From Streptococcus mitis (GTDB lineage Bacteria > Bacillota > Bacilli > Lactobacillales > Streptococcaceae), in contig CAUPXP010000007.1 of assembly GCA_963515455.1 (NCBI GenBank), positions 19,879-83,878 of the forward strand: a stretch of DNA of 64,000 nucleotides, written 5' to 3'. A model generated the notes under the pieces. The model was not told the DNA's origin. It made no database searches and worked only from the letters and a program-made list of their open reading frames with translations. The translations under genes were made by a program, and so were the position numbers. Shown piece after piece: positions 1-11,133 of the stretch (the first letter of the stretch is position 1; each line of letters begins with the position of its first letter).

Positions 1-1
1 T

Positions 2-1348
2 TTGCAGGTTATTGCGGCCGACATAGATGATGGTTTTGCCATCGCTTGCCAGATACTGTTCTGGTTTTTTGCGTTTCTGGATTTTCTCCCGTTGTCTTCT
101 GCGGATAAAACCTGTTTGGATCAATTCTTCACGGATTTCAGCGATTTCTTCCAGTCCAGCTTGGTTGAGGACGGTCTCTACACTTTCCAAATAGAGAATG
201 GTTGCCTTGGTTTCCTCAATCAGATCAGTCAAGTATTTGACAGCTTCTTTGAGTTTCTGATACCGTTTAAAATAGCGTTGGGCATTCTGGTTGGGAGTCA
301 AGGCCTTATCAAGAGCAATCGTGATAGGTTGGTTGGTGTAGTAGTTGTCTAGGATAACCTGGTCTTGGTCGTTAGGCACTTGGTGGAGGAAGGTTGTCAG
401 CAATTCTCCTTTTTGACGAAATTCTTCAGCGTTGTCTGTCGCCAGTAACTCTCTTTCTTGTTTTTTAAGCTTATGACGATTTTTTTGAAGTTCATTTTCA
501 ACACGGCGAATGAGTTCACTGGCTTGCTGTTTGACGCGGTCTCGCTCAGCCTTGTCCTTATAGTAGGTGTCCAGCAAATCAGAAAGACTGGCAAAAGGCT
601 CTCCCACCTGATTTGCAAAAGGAACTGGACTGAAGGAAGTCTCAGTCAAGCAGGGTTTGGTTTCTTGATTGAAAAAGTTACGGAAAGTAGATAGTTTATC
701 ACTAACCAGTATCCTTTCCAATTCATTTGCTGTATCGCGTCCCAGACCTTGAAAGAGGTTTTGAAGGTTCTTAGCTGTCGTTTCCTGTGTTTGCAGGATT
801 TCAAAGAGTTTTTCATCCTTGACAGTAAAAGGATTAAGAGACTCGGTGCTTGGCGGAGCGATATAGGTAGATCCAGGAAGCAAGGTGCGGTAGTTATTTT
901 GTGAAAAGCCGACGTGTTTGATAACTTCGAGGATTTTATGACTGCTTTTATCGACCAGTAGAATATTACTGTGTTTACCCATAATCTCGATAATCAAGGT
1001 AGCCTGGATATGGTCTCCAATCTCGTTTTTATTGGAAACTGTCATTTCCACAATTCGGTCATTTTCCACTTGCTCAATCGACTCAATTAGGGCACCCTGC
1101 AAATATTTTCTTAAAACCATGATAAAGGTAGAAGGTTGGGCTGGGTTTTCAAAAGTTGTTTGGGTCAGCTGAATGCGTCCAAAAACTGGATGGGCAGAAA
1201 GGAGCAGGCGATGACTTTGGCGATTGCTACGGATTTGCAAGACTAATTCTTGTTCAAAAGGCTGATTGATTTTCTGAATGCGACCATTCACTAACTCTCT
1301 TCGCAATTCCTCAACCATGTGGTGTAAAAAAAATCCGTCAAATGACAT
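2..1348 (-). CDS. pavA: NFACT-family fibronectin-binding / ribosome-quality-control protein (PavA/FbpA/RqcH type). N-terminal 449 codons only; the C-terminus lies beyond the window start.
   Basis: Hand translation of the minus strand from the ATG (reverse complement of cat at 1346-1348) gives MSFDGFFLHHMVEELRRELVNGRIQKINQPFE... It stays open to the window edge (...SDGKTIIYVGRNNLQ). It is absent from the ORF track because it is truncated. Plus-strand ORFs 2..352 and 458..694 are antisense shadows. Confidence 0.85.
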   Translation of the reverse strand, partial: MSFDGFFLHHMVEELRRELVNGRIQKINQPFEQELVLQIRSNRQSHRLLLSAHPVFGRIQLTQTTFENPAQPSTFIMVLRKYLQGALIESIEQVENDRIVEMTVSNKNEIGDHIQATLIIEIMGKHSNILLVDKSSHKILEVIKHVGFSQNNYRTLLPGSTYIAPPSTESLNPFTVKDEKLFEILQTQETTAKNLQNLFQGLGRDTANELERILVSDKLSTFRNFFNQETKPCLTETSFSPVPFANQVGEPFASLSDLLDTYYKDKAERDRVKQQASELIRRVENELQKNRHKLKKQERELLATDNAEEFRQKGELLTTFLHQVPNDQDQVILDNYYTNQPITIALDKALTPNQNAQRYFKRYQKLKEAVKYLTDLIEETKATILYLESVETVLNQAGLEEIAEIREELIQTGFIRRRQREKIQKRKKPEQYLASDGKTIIYVGRNNLQ

Positions 1349-1452
1349 CGTTCTCTCCTTGTGATAGTATTCCATAGTATTATATCAAAAAGGTAGAATA
1401 AAATCATGGAAATGTGGTATAATAAAGCCAAGTAAAGAGAAACGAGAAGCAC

Positions 1453-1950
1453 ATGTATATTGAAATGGTAGATGAAACTGGTCAAGTTTCAAAAGAAATG
1501 TTGCAACAAACCCAAGAAATTTTGGAATTTGCAGCCCAAAAATTAGGAAAAGAAGACAAGGAAATGGCAGTCACTTTTGTGACCAACGAGCGTAGCCATG
1601 AACTCAATCTAGAGTACCGTGACACCGACCGTCCGACAGATGTTATCAGCCTTGAGTATAAACCAGAGTTGGAAATTGCCTTTGATGAGGAAGATTTGCT
1701 TGAAAATCTGGAATTGGCAGAGATGATGTCTGAGTTTGATGCCTATATTGGGGAACTATTCATCTCTATCGATAAGGCTCATGAGCAGGCTGAGGAATAT
1801 GGCCACAGCTTTGAGCGTGAGATGGGCTTCTTGGCAGTGCACGGCTTTTTACATATCAACGGCTATGATCACTACACTCCGGAAGAAGAAGCGGAGATGT
1901 TCGGTTTACAAGAAGAAATTTTGACAGCCTATGGACTCACAAGACAATAA
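1453..1950 (+). CDS. ybeY: rRNA maturation endoribonuclease YbeY
   Basis: 165 aa with the metal-binding motif [11 protein letters not shown]. Conserved ybeY-dgkA-era gene order. Confidence 0.95.
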   Translation: MYIEMVDETGQVSKEMLQQTQEILEFAAQKLGKEDKEMAVTFVTNERSHELNLEYRDTDRPTDVISLEYKPELEIAFDEEDLLENLELAEMMSEFDAYIGELFISIDKAHEQAEEYGHSFEREMGFLAVHGFLHINGYDHYTPEEEAEMFGLQEEILTAYGLTRQ

Positions 1951-2326
1951 ACGAAAATGGAAAAATCGTGACCTGATATCCAGTTTAGAATTTGCCATCA
2001 CAGGAATTTTTACTGCTATCAAGGAAGAACGCAATATGCAAAAACATGCAGTGACGGCTCTTGTAGTCATTCTTGCAGGTTTTGTTTTTCAGGTGTCACG
2101 AATCGAATGGCTCTTTCTCCTATTGAGCATTTTCTTGGTAGTAGCTTTTGAAATTATTAATTCTGCTATTGAAAATGTGGTGGATTTGGCCAGTCACTAT
2201 CATTTTTCCATGCTGGCTAAAAATGCCAAGGATATGGCGGCTGGCGCGGTATTAGTGGTCTCTCTTTTCGCAGCCTTAACAGGCGCATTGATTTTTCTCC
2301 CACGAATCTGGGATTTATTATTTTAA
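1931..2326 (+). CDS. dgkA: Diacylglycerol/undecaprenol kinase family membrane protein
   Basis: 131 aa with three hydrophobic helices. Overlaps ybeY by 20 nt and sits between ybeY and era. Confidence 0.9.
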   Translation: MDSQDNKRKWKNRDLISSLEFAITGIFTAIKEERNMQKHAVTALVVILAGFVFQVSRIEWLFLLLSIFLVVAFEIINSAIENVVDLASHYHFSMLAKNAKDMAAGAVLVVSLFAALTGALIFLPRIWDLLF

Positions 2327-2342
2327 ACAGTAAGAGGAAATT

Positions 2343-3242
2343 ATGACTTTTAAATCAGGCTTTGTAGCTATTTTAGGACGTCCCAATGTTGGGAAGTCAA
2401 CCTTTTTAAATCACGTCATGGGGCAAAAGATTGCCATCATGAGTGACAAGGCGCAGACAACGCGCAACAAAATCATGGGAATTTACACGACTGATAAGGA
2501 ACAAATTGTCTTTATCGACACACCAGGGATTCACAAACCTAAAACTGCCCTTGGAGATTTTATGGTTGAGTCTGCCTACAGTACCCTTCGCGAAGTGGAT
2601 ACCGTTCTTTTCATGGTGCCTGCTGATGAAGCGCGTGGTAAGGGGGACGATATGATTATCGAGCGTCTTAAGGCTGCCAAGGTTCCTGTGATTTTGGTGG
2701 TAAACAAGATTGATAAGGTCCATCCAGACCAGCTCTTGTCTCAGATTGATGATTTCCGTAATCAGATGGACTTCAAGGAAATCGTTCCTATCTCAGCTCT
2801 TCAGGGAAATAATGTCTCACGTTTAGTTGATATTTTGAGTGAAAATCTGGACGAAGGATTCCAATATTTCCCATCTGATCAAATCACAGACCATCCAGAA
2901 CGTTTCTTAGTTTCAGAAATGGTTCGCGAGAAAGTCTTGCACCTAACTCGTGAAGAGATTCCTCACTCAGTTGCTGTTGTAGTTGATTCTATGAAACGAG
3001 ATGAAGAGACAGATAAGGTCCATATCCGTGCAACCATTATGGTCGAGCGTGATAGTCAAAAGGGGATTATCATCGGTAAAGGTGGTGCTATGCTTAAGAA
3101 AATTGGTAGCATGGCTCGTCGTGATATCGAACTTATGCTAGGAGACAAGGTCTTCCTAGAAACCTGGGTCAAGGTCAAGAAAAATTGGCGTGATAAAAAA
3201 CTAGATTTGGCTGACTTTGGCTATAATGAAAAAGAATATTAA
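2343..3242 (+). CDS. era: GTPase Era
   Basis: 299 aa with G1 [10 protein letters not shown]3 DTPG and G4 NKID motifs, plus a C-terminal KH-like region. Confidence 0.97.
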   Translation: MTFKSGFVAILGRPNVGKSTFLNHVMGQKIAIMSDKAQTTRNKIMGIYTTDKEQIVFIDTPGIHKPKTALGDFMVESAYSTLREVDTVLFMVPADEARGKGDDMIIERLKAAKVPVILVVNKIDKVHPDQLLSQIDDFRNQMDFKEIVPISALQGNNVSRLVDILSENLDEGFQYFPSDQITDHPERFLVSEMVREKVLHLTREEIPHSVAVVVDSMKRDEETDKVHIRATIMVERDSQKGIIIGKGGAMLKKIGSMARRDIELMLGDKVFLETWVKVKKNWRDKKLDLADFGYNEKEY

Positions 3243-3290
3243 GTAGAGGTGGGCTCATGCCTGCTTCTTGTTTTTACAGAAGGAGGATTT

Positions 3291-4115
3291 ATGCCTGAAT
3301 TACCTGAGGTTGAAACCGTTCGACGTGGCTTAGAAAAATTGATTATAGGAAAGAAGATTTCGAGTGTAGAAATTCGCTACCCCAAGATGATTAAGACGGA
3401 TTTGGACGAGTTTCAAAAGGAAGTGCCTGGTCAAGTTGTTGAGTCAATGGGACGTCGTGGTAAATATTTGCTTTTCTGCCTGACAGACAAGGTTTTGATT
3501 TCCCATTTGCGGATGGAGGGCAAGTATTTTTACTATCCAGACCAAGCACCTGAACGAAAACATGCCCATGTTTTCTTTCAGTTTGAAGATGGTGGTACGC
3601 TTGTTTATGAGGATGTTCGCAAGTTTGGTACTATGGAATTCTTGGCGCCTGACCTTTTGGAAGCCTACTTTCTTTCTAAAAAACTAGGGCCTGAACCAAG
3701 CGAACAAGACTTTGATTTACAGGTCTTTCAAGCTGCCCTAGCCAAGTCCAAAAAGCCTATCAAATCCCATCTTTTGGACCAGACTTTGGTAGCTGGACTT
3801 GGCAATATCTATGTGGATGAGGTTCTCTGGCGAGCTCAGGTTCATCCGGCAAGACCTTCCCAGACTTTGACGGCAGAAGAAGCGACAGCTATTCATGACC
3901 AGACCATTGCTGTTTTGGGTCAGGCTGTTGAAAAAGGTGGTTCCACCATTCGGACCTATACCAATGCCTTTGGGGAAGATGGAACCATGCAGGATTTTCA
4001 TCAGGTCTATGATAAGGCTGGTCAAGAATGTGTACGCTGTGGTACCATCATTGAGAAAATCCAACTAGGCGGACGAGGAACTCACTTTTGTCCTCAGTGC
4101 CAAAGGAGGGGCTGA
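3291..4115 (+). CDS. mutM: Formamidopyrimidine-DNA glycosylase (Fpg/MutM)
   Basis: Begins [14 protein letters not shown] (catalytic N-terminal Pro). C-terminal zinc finger CVRCG...CPQC. ATG 3291 is preceded by AGGAGG; the track's upstream extension from 3249 has no RBS. Confidence 0.93.
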   Translation: MPELPEVETVRRGLEKLIIGKKISSVEIRYPKMIKTDLDEFQKEVPGQVVESMGRRGKYLLFCLTDKVLISHLRMEGKYFYYPDQAPERKHAHVFFQFEDGGTLVYEDVRKFGTMEFLAPDLLEAYFLSKKLGPEPSEQDFDLQVFQAALAKSKKPIKSHLLDQTLVAGLGNIYVDEVLWRAQVHPARPSQTLTAEEATAIHDQTIAVLGQAVEKGGSTIRTYTNAFGEDGTMQDFHQVYDKAGQECVRCGTIIEKIQLGGRGTHFCPQCQRRG

Positions 4116-4720
4116 TGGGAAAAATCATCGGAATCACTGGGGGAATTGCCTCTGGTAAGTCAACCGTGACAAATTTTCTAAGAAAGCAAGGCTTTCAAGT
4201 AGTGGATGCCGACGCAGTCGTCCACCAACTACAGAAACCTGGTGGTCGTCTGTTTGAAGCTCTAGTCCAGCACTTTGGTCAAAAAATTATCTTAGAAAAT
4301 GGAGAACTCAATCGCCCTCTCCTAGCTAGTCTCATCTTTTCAAATCCTGAAGAACGAGAATGGTCTAGGATAACTCAAGGAGAGATTATCCGTGAGGAAC
4401 TAGCTACGTTGAGAGACCAGTTTGCTCAGACAGAAGAGATTTTCTTCATGGATATTCCCCTACTTTTTGAGCAGGACTACGTCTCTTGGTTTGATGAGAC
4501 TTGGTTGGTCTATGTGGACCGAGATGTCCAAGTAGAACGTTTAATGAAAAGGGACAACTTGTCCAAAGATGAAGCTGAGTCTCGTCTGGCAGCCCAGTGG
4601 CCTTTAGAAAAAAAGAAAGGTTTGGCCAGCCATGTTTTAAACAACAATGGGAATCAGGACCAGCTTCTTACTCAGGTGTTCTCCCTGCTTGAGGGAGGTA
4701 AGCAAGATGACAGAGATTAA
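4115..4720 (+). CDS. coaE: Dephospho-CoA kinase
   Basis: [18 protein letters not shown]-loop. ATG 4115 overlaps the mutM stop (TGATG) and is preceded by AAAGGAGGGG. Confidence 0.9.
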   Translation: MGKIIGITGGIASGKSTVTNFLRKQGFQVVDADAVVHQLQKPGGRLFEALVQHFGQKIILENGELNRPLLASLIFSNPEEREWSRITQGEIIREELATLRDQFAQTEEIFFMDIPLLFEQDYVSWFDETWLVYVDRDVQVERLMKRDNLSKDEAESRLAAQWPLEKKKGLASHVLNNNGNQDQLLTQVFSLLEGGKQDDRD

Positions 4721-5906
4721 CTGGAAGGATAATCTGCGCATTGCCTGGTTTGGTAATTTTCTGACAGGAGCCAGTATTTCCTTAGTTGTGCCTTTTATGC
4801 CCATCTTTGTGGAAAGTCTGGGTGTAGGGAGTGAGCAAGTCGCTTTTTATGCAGGCTTAGCTATTTCTGTCTCTGCTATTTCCGCGGCGCTTTTTTCTCC
4901 TATCTGGGGCATCCTTGCTGACAAATACGGTCGAAAACCCATGATGATTCGTGCTGGTCTGGCCATGACTATCACTATGGGGGGATTGGCCTTTGTCCCA
5001 AATATTTATTGGTTAATCTTTCTTCGTTTATTAAACGGTGTATTTGCAGGATTTGTTCCTAATGCAACTGCCTTGATAGCCAGTCAGGTTCCCAAGGAGA
5101 AATCAGGCTCTGCCTTAGGTACTTTGTCTACTGGCGTAGTTGCAGGTACTCTAACTGGTCCCTTTATTGGTGGCTTTATCGCAGAATTATTTGGCATTCG
5201 TACAGTTTTCTTACTGGTTGGTAGTTTTCTATTTTTAGCTGCTATTTTGACTATTTGCTTTATCAAGGAAGATTTTCAACCAGTAGCCAAGGAAAAGTCC
5301 ATTCCAACAAAGGAATTATTTACATCAGTTAAATATCCCTATCTTTTGGTCAATCTCTTTCTGACCAGTTTTGTCATCCAATTTTCAGCCCAATCAATCG
5401 GCCCTATCTTAGCTCTGTATGTGCGCGACTTAGGCCAGACAGAGAATCTTCTTTTTGTCTCTGGTTTGATTGTGTCCAGTATGGGCTTTTCCAGTATGAT
5501 GAGTGCAGGAGTCATGGGAAAGCTAGGTGACAAGGTGGGCAACCATCGCCTCTTGGTTGTAGCCCAGTTTTATTCAGTTATCATCTATCTTCTCTGTGCC
5601 AATGCTTCTAGCCCCCTTCAACTAGGACTCTATCGATTCCTCTTTGGCTTGGGAACCGGTGCCTTGATTCCTGGAGTTAATGCCCTTCTCAGTAAGATGA
5701 CACCTAAAGCCGGTATTTCGAGGGTCTTTGCCTTTAATCAGGTATTCTTTTATCTGGGAGGTGTCGTTGGTCCCATGGCAGGTTCTGCAGTAGCAGGAAA
5801 ATTTGGCTACCATGCAGTCTTTTATGCGACAAGCCTTTGTGTTGCCTTTAGTTGTCTCTTTAACCTTCTTCAATTTCGAACATTATTAAAAGTAAAGGAA
5901 ATCTAG
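4707..5906 (+). CDS. pmrA: MFS multidrug efflux transporter (PmrA type)
   Basis: 399 aa from ATG 4707 (RBS GAGGGAGG), about 12 hydrophobic helices, starts [21 protein letters not shown]. The track start at 4647 overlaps coaE without an RBS. Confidence 0.85.
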
Positions 5907-6055
5907 TGCGAGTAAAAATTAATCTCAAATGTTCCTCTTGTGGCAGTATCAATTACCTAACTAGTAAAAATTCAAAAACCCATCCAGACAAGATCGAGGT
6001 TTTAAAATATTGTCCCAAGGAAAGAAAAGTAACCCTACATCTTGAATCTAAGTAG
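5906..6055 (+). CDS. rpmG: 50S ribosomal protein L33
   Basis: Not in the ORF track (49 aa). The GTG start shares one base with the pmrA stop (TAGTG). Hand translation: [49 protein letters not shown]. Confidence 0.85.
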
Positions 6056-6094
6056 ATTTTATGGTAAAATAATAGGGATTTTAAGGAGTTTGAT

Positions 6095-6328
6095 ATGTAT
6101 AACCTATTATTAACCATTTTATTAGTATTATCTGTTGTGATTGTGATTGCGATTTTCATGCAACCAACTAAAAACCAATCCAGCAATGTATTTGATGCCA
6201 GCTCAGGTGATTTGTTTGAACGCAGTAAAGCACGCGGTTTTGAAGCTGTAATGCAGCGATTGACAGGGATTTTAGTCTTTTTCTGGCTAGCCATTGCCTT
6301 AGCATTGACGGTACTATCAAGTAGATAA
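6095..6328 (+). CDS. secG: Preprotein translocase subunit SecG
   Basis: 77 aa with two TM helices. RBS AAGGAG. Conserved rpmG-secG-rnr-smpB order. Confidence 0.9.
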   Translation: MYNLLLTILLVLSVVIVIAIFMQPTKNQSSNVFDASSGDLFERSKARGFEAVMQRLTGILVFFWLAIALALTVLSSR

Positions 6329-6428
6329 GAAAATAATGGGCAAGACTAGGTCTTTGCCTCTTTTTATTTTTAAAGGATATTTGAGAAGGTTTTACAGTAA
6401 AAGAAAATTAAAAATCTAGAAAGAAAAT

Positions 6429-8783
6429 ATGAAAGATAGAATAAAAGGATATTTACAAGACAAGGGAAAGGTGACTGTCAATGACTTGGCTCAGGCTTTG
6501 GGAAAAGACGGGTCCAAGGATTTTCGTGAGTTGATTAAAACCTTGTCCCTAATGGAAAGAAAACACCAGATTCGCTTTGAAGAAGATGGAAGTCTGACCT
6601 TGGAAGTCAAGAAAAAACATGAGATTACTCTCAAGGGGATTTTTCATGCTCATAAAAATGGCTTTGGCTTTGTTAGTCTGGAAGGCGAGGAGGACGACCT
6701 TTTTGTAGGAAAAAACGATGTCAACTATGCTATTGATGGTGATACCGTTGAGGTCGTCATCAAGAAAGTCGCTGACCGCAATAAGGGAACAGCTGCCGAA
6801 GCCAAAATTATCGATATCTTAGAACACAGTTTGACAACTGTTGTCGGTCAAATCGTTCTAGATCAGGAAAAACCTAAGTATGCGGGTTACATCCGTTCAA
6901 AAAATCAGAAAATCAGTCAACCAATTTATGTTAAGAAACCAGCCCTAAAACTAGAAGGGACAGAAGTTCTTAAGGTCTTTATCGACAAATACCCAAGCAA
7001 GAAACATGATTTCTTTGTCGCTAGTGTCCTCGATGTGGTGGGGCATTCAACTGATGTCGGAATTGATGTTCTTGAGGTTTTGGAGTCTATGGATATTGTC
7101 TCCGAGTTTCCAGAAGCTGTTCTTAAGGAAGCAGAAAGTGTTCCTGACGCACCGTCTCAAAAGGATATGGAAGGCCGTCTGGACTTGAGAGATGAGATTA
7201 CCTTCACCATTGATGGCGCGGATGCCAAGGACTTGGACGATGCGGTGCATATCAAAGCATTGAAAAATGGCAATCTGGAACTTGGAGTTCACATTGCGGA
7301 TGTTTCCTACTATGTGACCGAGGGGTCTGCCCTGGACAAGGAAGCCCTTAATCGCGCGACTTCAGTCTATGTAACAGACCGAGTGGTTCCAATGCTTCCA
7401 GAGCGTTTGTCAAATGGAATCTGCTCTCTCAATCCCCAAGTTGACCGCCTGACCCAGTCTGCCATCATGGAGATTGATAAACATGGTCGTGTGGTTAATT
7501 ACACCATCACACAAACGGTTATCAAGACAAGCTTCCGTATGACCTATAGCGATGTCAATGATATCTTAGCGGGCGACGAAGAAAAGAGACAAGAATATAA
7601 GAAAATTGTTCCAAGTATCGAACTCATGGCCAAGCTTCATGAAACTTTAGAAAACATGCGTATGAAACGTGGAGCCCTCAATTTTGATACCAACGAAGCG
7701 AAGATTTTAGTGGATAAACAGGGTAAGCCTGTTGATATCGTTCTTCGTCAGCGTGGTGTTGCCGAGCGCATGATTGAGTCCTTTATGTTGATGGCCAATG
7801 AAACAGTTGCCGAGCATTTTAGCAAGCTAGAGCTACCTTTCATTTATCGTATCCATGAGGAGCCTAAGGCTGAAAAAGTTCAAAAGTTTATTGATTATGC
7901 TTCAAGTTTCGGTATTCGAATCTATGGGACTGCTAGTGAGATTAGCCAGGAGGCCCTCCAAGACATCATGCGTACTGTTGAGGGAGAACCTTATGCGGAT
8001 GTATTGTCCATGATGCTTCTGCGCTCTATGCAGCAGGCTCGCTATTCGGAGCACAATCACGGCCACTATGGATTAGCAGCTGACTATTACACTCACTTTA
8101 CCAGTCCGATTCGTCGTTATCCAGACCTTCTTGTTCATCGTATGATTCGTGATTACGGCCGTTCTAAGGAAATAGCAGAGCATTTTGAGCAAGTGATCCC
8201 AGAGATTGCGACCCAGTCTTCCAACCGTGAGCGTCGTGCTATCGAGGCTGAGCGTGAAGTCGAAGCCATGAAAAAGGCTGAGTACATGGAAGAATACGTA
8301 GGCGAAGAATACGATGCGGTTGTATCAAGTATTGTCAAATTTGGTCTCTTTGTTGAATTGCCAAACACAGTTGAAGGCTTGATTCATATCACAAATCTAC
8401 CTGAATTTTATCATTTCAATGAGCGGGATTTGACTCTTCGTGGAGAGAAATCAGGAACAACCTTCCGTGTAGGTCAGCAAATCCGTATTCGGGTTGAAAG
8501 AGCCGACAAGATGACGGGGGAAATTGACTTCTCTTACATTCCAAGTGAGTTTGATGTGATCGAAAAAGGCTTGAAACAGTCTAGTCGTAGTGACAGAGGG
8601 CGTGGTTCCAGTCGTCGTTCAGATAAGAAGGAAGATAAGAGAAAATCAGGACGCTCAAATGATAATCGCAAGCATTCACAAAAAGATAAGAAGAAAAAAG
8701 GAAAGAAACCTTTTTATAAGGAAGTAGCTAAGAAAGGAGCCAAGCATGGCAAAGGGCGAGGGAAAGGTCGTCGCACAAAATAA
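6429..8783 (+). CDS. rnr: Ribonuclease R (VacB)
   Basis: 784 aa. RNB-domain signature ([13 protein letters not shown]...). S1 domain near [20 protein letters not shown]. Lys/Arg-rich C-terminal tail. Confidence 0.95.
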
Positions 8784-9213
8784 AAAGGCGCGCCACGACT
8801 ATACAATCGTAGATACGCTAGAAGCAGGAATGGTCCTGACTGGAACTGAAATCAAGAGTGTGCGAGCTGCTCGAATCAATCTCAAGGATGGCTTTGCCCA
8901 AGTGAAAAATGGGGAGGTCTGGTTGAGCAATGTTCATATCGCTCCTTACGAAGAGGGCAATATCTGGAACCAGGAACCAGAACGTCGTCGCAAGCTCCTG
9001 CTCCATAAAAAGCAAATCCAGAAGTTGGAACAAGAGACTAAAGGAACAGGAATGACCCTAGTTCCCCTTAAAGTCTATATCAAAGATGGTTACGCCAAGC
9101 TCCTTTTAGGCCTAGCTAAAGGGAAGCATGACTATGACAAACGGGAGTCAATCAAACGTCGTGAGCAGAATCGCGATATTGCGCGCGTGATGAAAGCTGT
9201 TAATCAGCGATAA
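8746..9213 (+). CDS. smpB: SsrA-binding protein SmpB
   Basis: 155 aa, starts [21 protein letters not shown]... Overlaps the rnr tail by 38 nt. Confidence 0.95.
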
Positions 9214-9228
9214 AAAGAGGAAATGAAA

Positions 9229-10089
9229 ATGGAAAAACTAGTTGCCTATAAACGGATGCCCTTGTGGAATAAAGAAACCATGCCAGAGGCGGTTCAGCAG
9301 AAACACAACACCAAGGTTGGGACTTGGGGCAAGATTACTGTTTTAAAAGGAACTCTCAAGTTTATTGAATTGACAGAGAATGGGGAGGTTCTAGCTGAAC
9401 ACCTATTTGAAGCAGGGGCTGACAATCCCATGGCACAACCACAAGCCTGGCACCGAGTGGAAGCTGCCACAGACGATGTAGAATGGTACTTGGAATTTTA
9501 TTGTAAACCTGAGGATTATTTCCCTAAGAAATACAATACCAATCCTGTTCATTCAGAGGTCTTAGAGGCCATGCAGACAGTAAAATCAGGGAAAGCCTTG
9601 GATTTGGGCTGTGGTCAAGGTCGTAATGCACTCTTTCTAGCCCAGCAAGGTTTTGATGTGACGGCTGTAGATCAAAATGAACTGGCTCTTGAAATCTTGC
9701 AAAGCATTGTGGAGCAGGAAGACATGGATATGCCTGTTGGTCTTTACGATATCAATTCAGCCAGTATTAGCCAAGACTATGATTTTATCGTATCAACTGT
9801 TGTTCTCATGTTTTTGCAAGCAGACCGCATTCCTGAAATTATCAAAAATATGCAGGAGAAAACCACTGTTGGTGGTTACAATCTTATCGTTTGTGCCATG
9901 GACACGGAGGATTATCCTTGTTCAGTGAACTTCCCATTTACCTTTAAGGAAGGCGAACTAGCGAACTATTACAAGGACTGGGACTTGGTCAAGTACAATG
10001 AAAATCCAGGCCATTTGCACCGTCGTGACGAAAATGGCAATCGTATTCAACTACGCTTTGCGACCATGCTAGCCAAGAAAATCAAGTAA
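9229..10089 (+). CDS. tehB: Tellurite-resistance-type SAM-dependent methyltransferase (TehB family with N-terminal cupin-like extension)
   Basis: SAM motif ALDLGCGQGRNALFL. I chose ATG 9229 (8 nt after GAGG) over 9223 (2 nt spacing). Confidence 0.8.
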   Translation: MEKLVAYKRMPLWNKETMPEAVQQKHNTKVGTWGKITVLKGTLKFIELTENGEVLAEHLFEAGADNPMAQPQAWHRVEAATDDVEWYLEFYCKPEDYFPKKYNTNPVHSEVLEAMQTVKSGKALDLGCGQGRNALFLAQQGFDVTAVDQNELALEILQSIVEQEDMDMPVGLYDINSASISQDYDFIVSTVVLMFLQADRIPEIIKNMQEKTTVGGYNLIVCAMDTEDYPCSVNFPFTFKEGELANYYKDWDLVKYNENPGHLHRRDENGNRIQLRFATMLAKKIK

Positions 10090-10132
10090 ATATGTATGAA
10101 GATTGGGAATTTTCCTGATCTTTTTTCTTTTT

Positions 10133-10140
10133 TACGAATA
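10133..10140 (+). promoter_or_regulatory. cin-box (ComX/sigma-X late-competence promoter element) upstream of coiA
   Basis: Exact TACGAATA at 10133-10140, preceded by a T-rich tract and 21 nt upstream of the coiA ATG. Confidence 0.7.
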
Positions 10141-10161
10141 ATATAGAAAAGGAGGGAAATC

Positions 10162-11115
10162 ATGTTTTTTGCGAGAGATGCTAGGGGAGAGTTGGTAAAT
10201 GTGTTAGAGGATAAGCTTGAGAAGCAAGCATACACCTGCCCAGCTTGTGGAGGTCAGCTCCGTTTGCGGCAAGGACCAAGTGTCCGAACCCATTTTGCCC
10301 ATAAATCCTTAAAAGACTGTGATTACTCCTTTGAAAATGAAAGCCCAGAACACTTGGCCAATAAGGAATCTATCTATAAGTGGTTGAAAAAAGATGCAGA
10401 GGTGCAATTAGAATACCCCCTTCCAGAGCTTAAACAGATTGCGGATGTGTTTGTAAATGGCAATCTAGCTTTAGAGGTTCAGTGTAGTTCCTTGCCTCAA
10501 AAAGTTCTTAAGGAGCGTAGCGAGGGCTATCGTAGTCAGGGTTGCCAAGTACTGTGGTTGCTGGGTCAAAAACTGTGGCTAAAGGAGCGTTTGACACGTC
10601 TGCAAGAAGGTTTTCTTTATTTCAGTCAAAATGTGGGCTTTTATGTTTGGGAATTGGATGAGGAAAAACAGACTTTAAGACTCAAATATCTCATCCACCA
10701 AGACCTCCGCGGTAAACTCCATTATCAAATCAAGGAATTTCCCTATGGACAAGATAGTCTACTGGAGATATTACGTTTTCCCTATAAGAAACAAAAAATA
10801 TCGCATTTTACAGTTTCTCAAGATAAGGACATCTGTCGCTATATCCGGCAACAACTCTACTATCAAAATCCCTTTTGGATGAAAAAACAAGCAGAAGCCT
10901 ATCAAAAGGGGGAAAATCTCCTGACTTATGGGCTAAAAGAATGGTATCCACAAATTCGACCACTAGTAGGTGATTTTTGCCAAATTGAGCAGGATTTGAC
11001 CAGCTATTATCAGTATTTTCAAATCTATTACCAAGAAAATCCTCAAAATGATTGGCAAAAGCTTTATCCACCAGCCTTTTATCAGCAATATTTCTTGAAA
11101 AATATGGTAGAATAG
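10162..11115 (+). CDS. coiA: Competence protein CoiA
   Basis: 317 aa with N-terminal CPACGG...H zinc-ribbon-like motif. RBS AAGGAGGG. cin-box upstream and conserved coiA-pepF pairing. Confidence 0.9.
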   Translation: MFFARDARGELVNVLEDKLEKQAYTCPACGGQLRLRQGPSVRTHFAHKSLKDCDYSFENESPEHLANKESIYKWLKKDAEVQLEYPLPELKQIADVFVNGNLALEVQCSSLPQKVLKERSEGYRSQGCQVLWLLGQKLWLKERLTRLQEGFLYFSQNVGFYVWELDEEKQTLRLKYLIHQDLRGKLHYQIKEFPYGQDSLLEILRFPYKKQKISHFTVSQDKDICRYIRQQLYYQNPFWMKKQAEAYQKGENLLTYGLKEWYPQIRPLVGDFCQIEQDLTSYYQYFQIYYQENPQNDWQKLYPPAFYQQYFLKNMVE

Positions 11116-11133
11116 AAAGGATGGAGGAATATA

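Noticed and set aside
2-694. Plus-strand ORFs 2..352 and 458..694 from the track
   Set aside because: They lie antisense to the continuous, recognisable PavA/RqcH reading frame on the minus strand.
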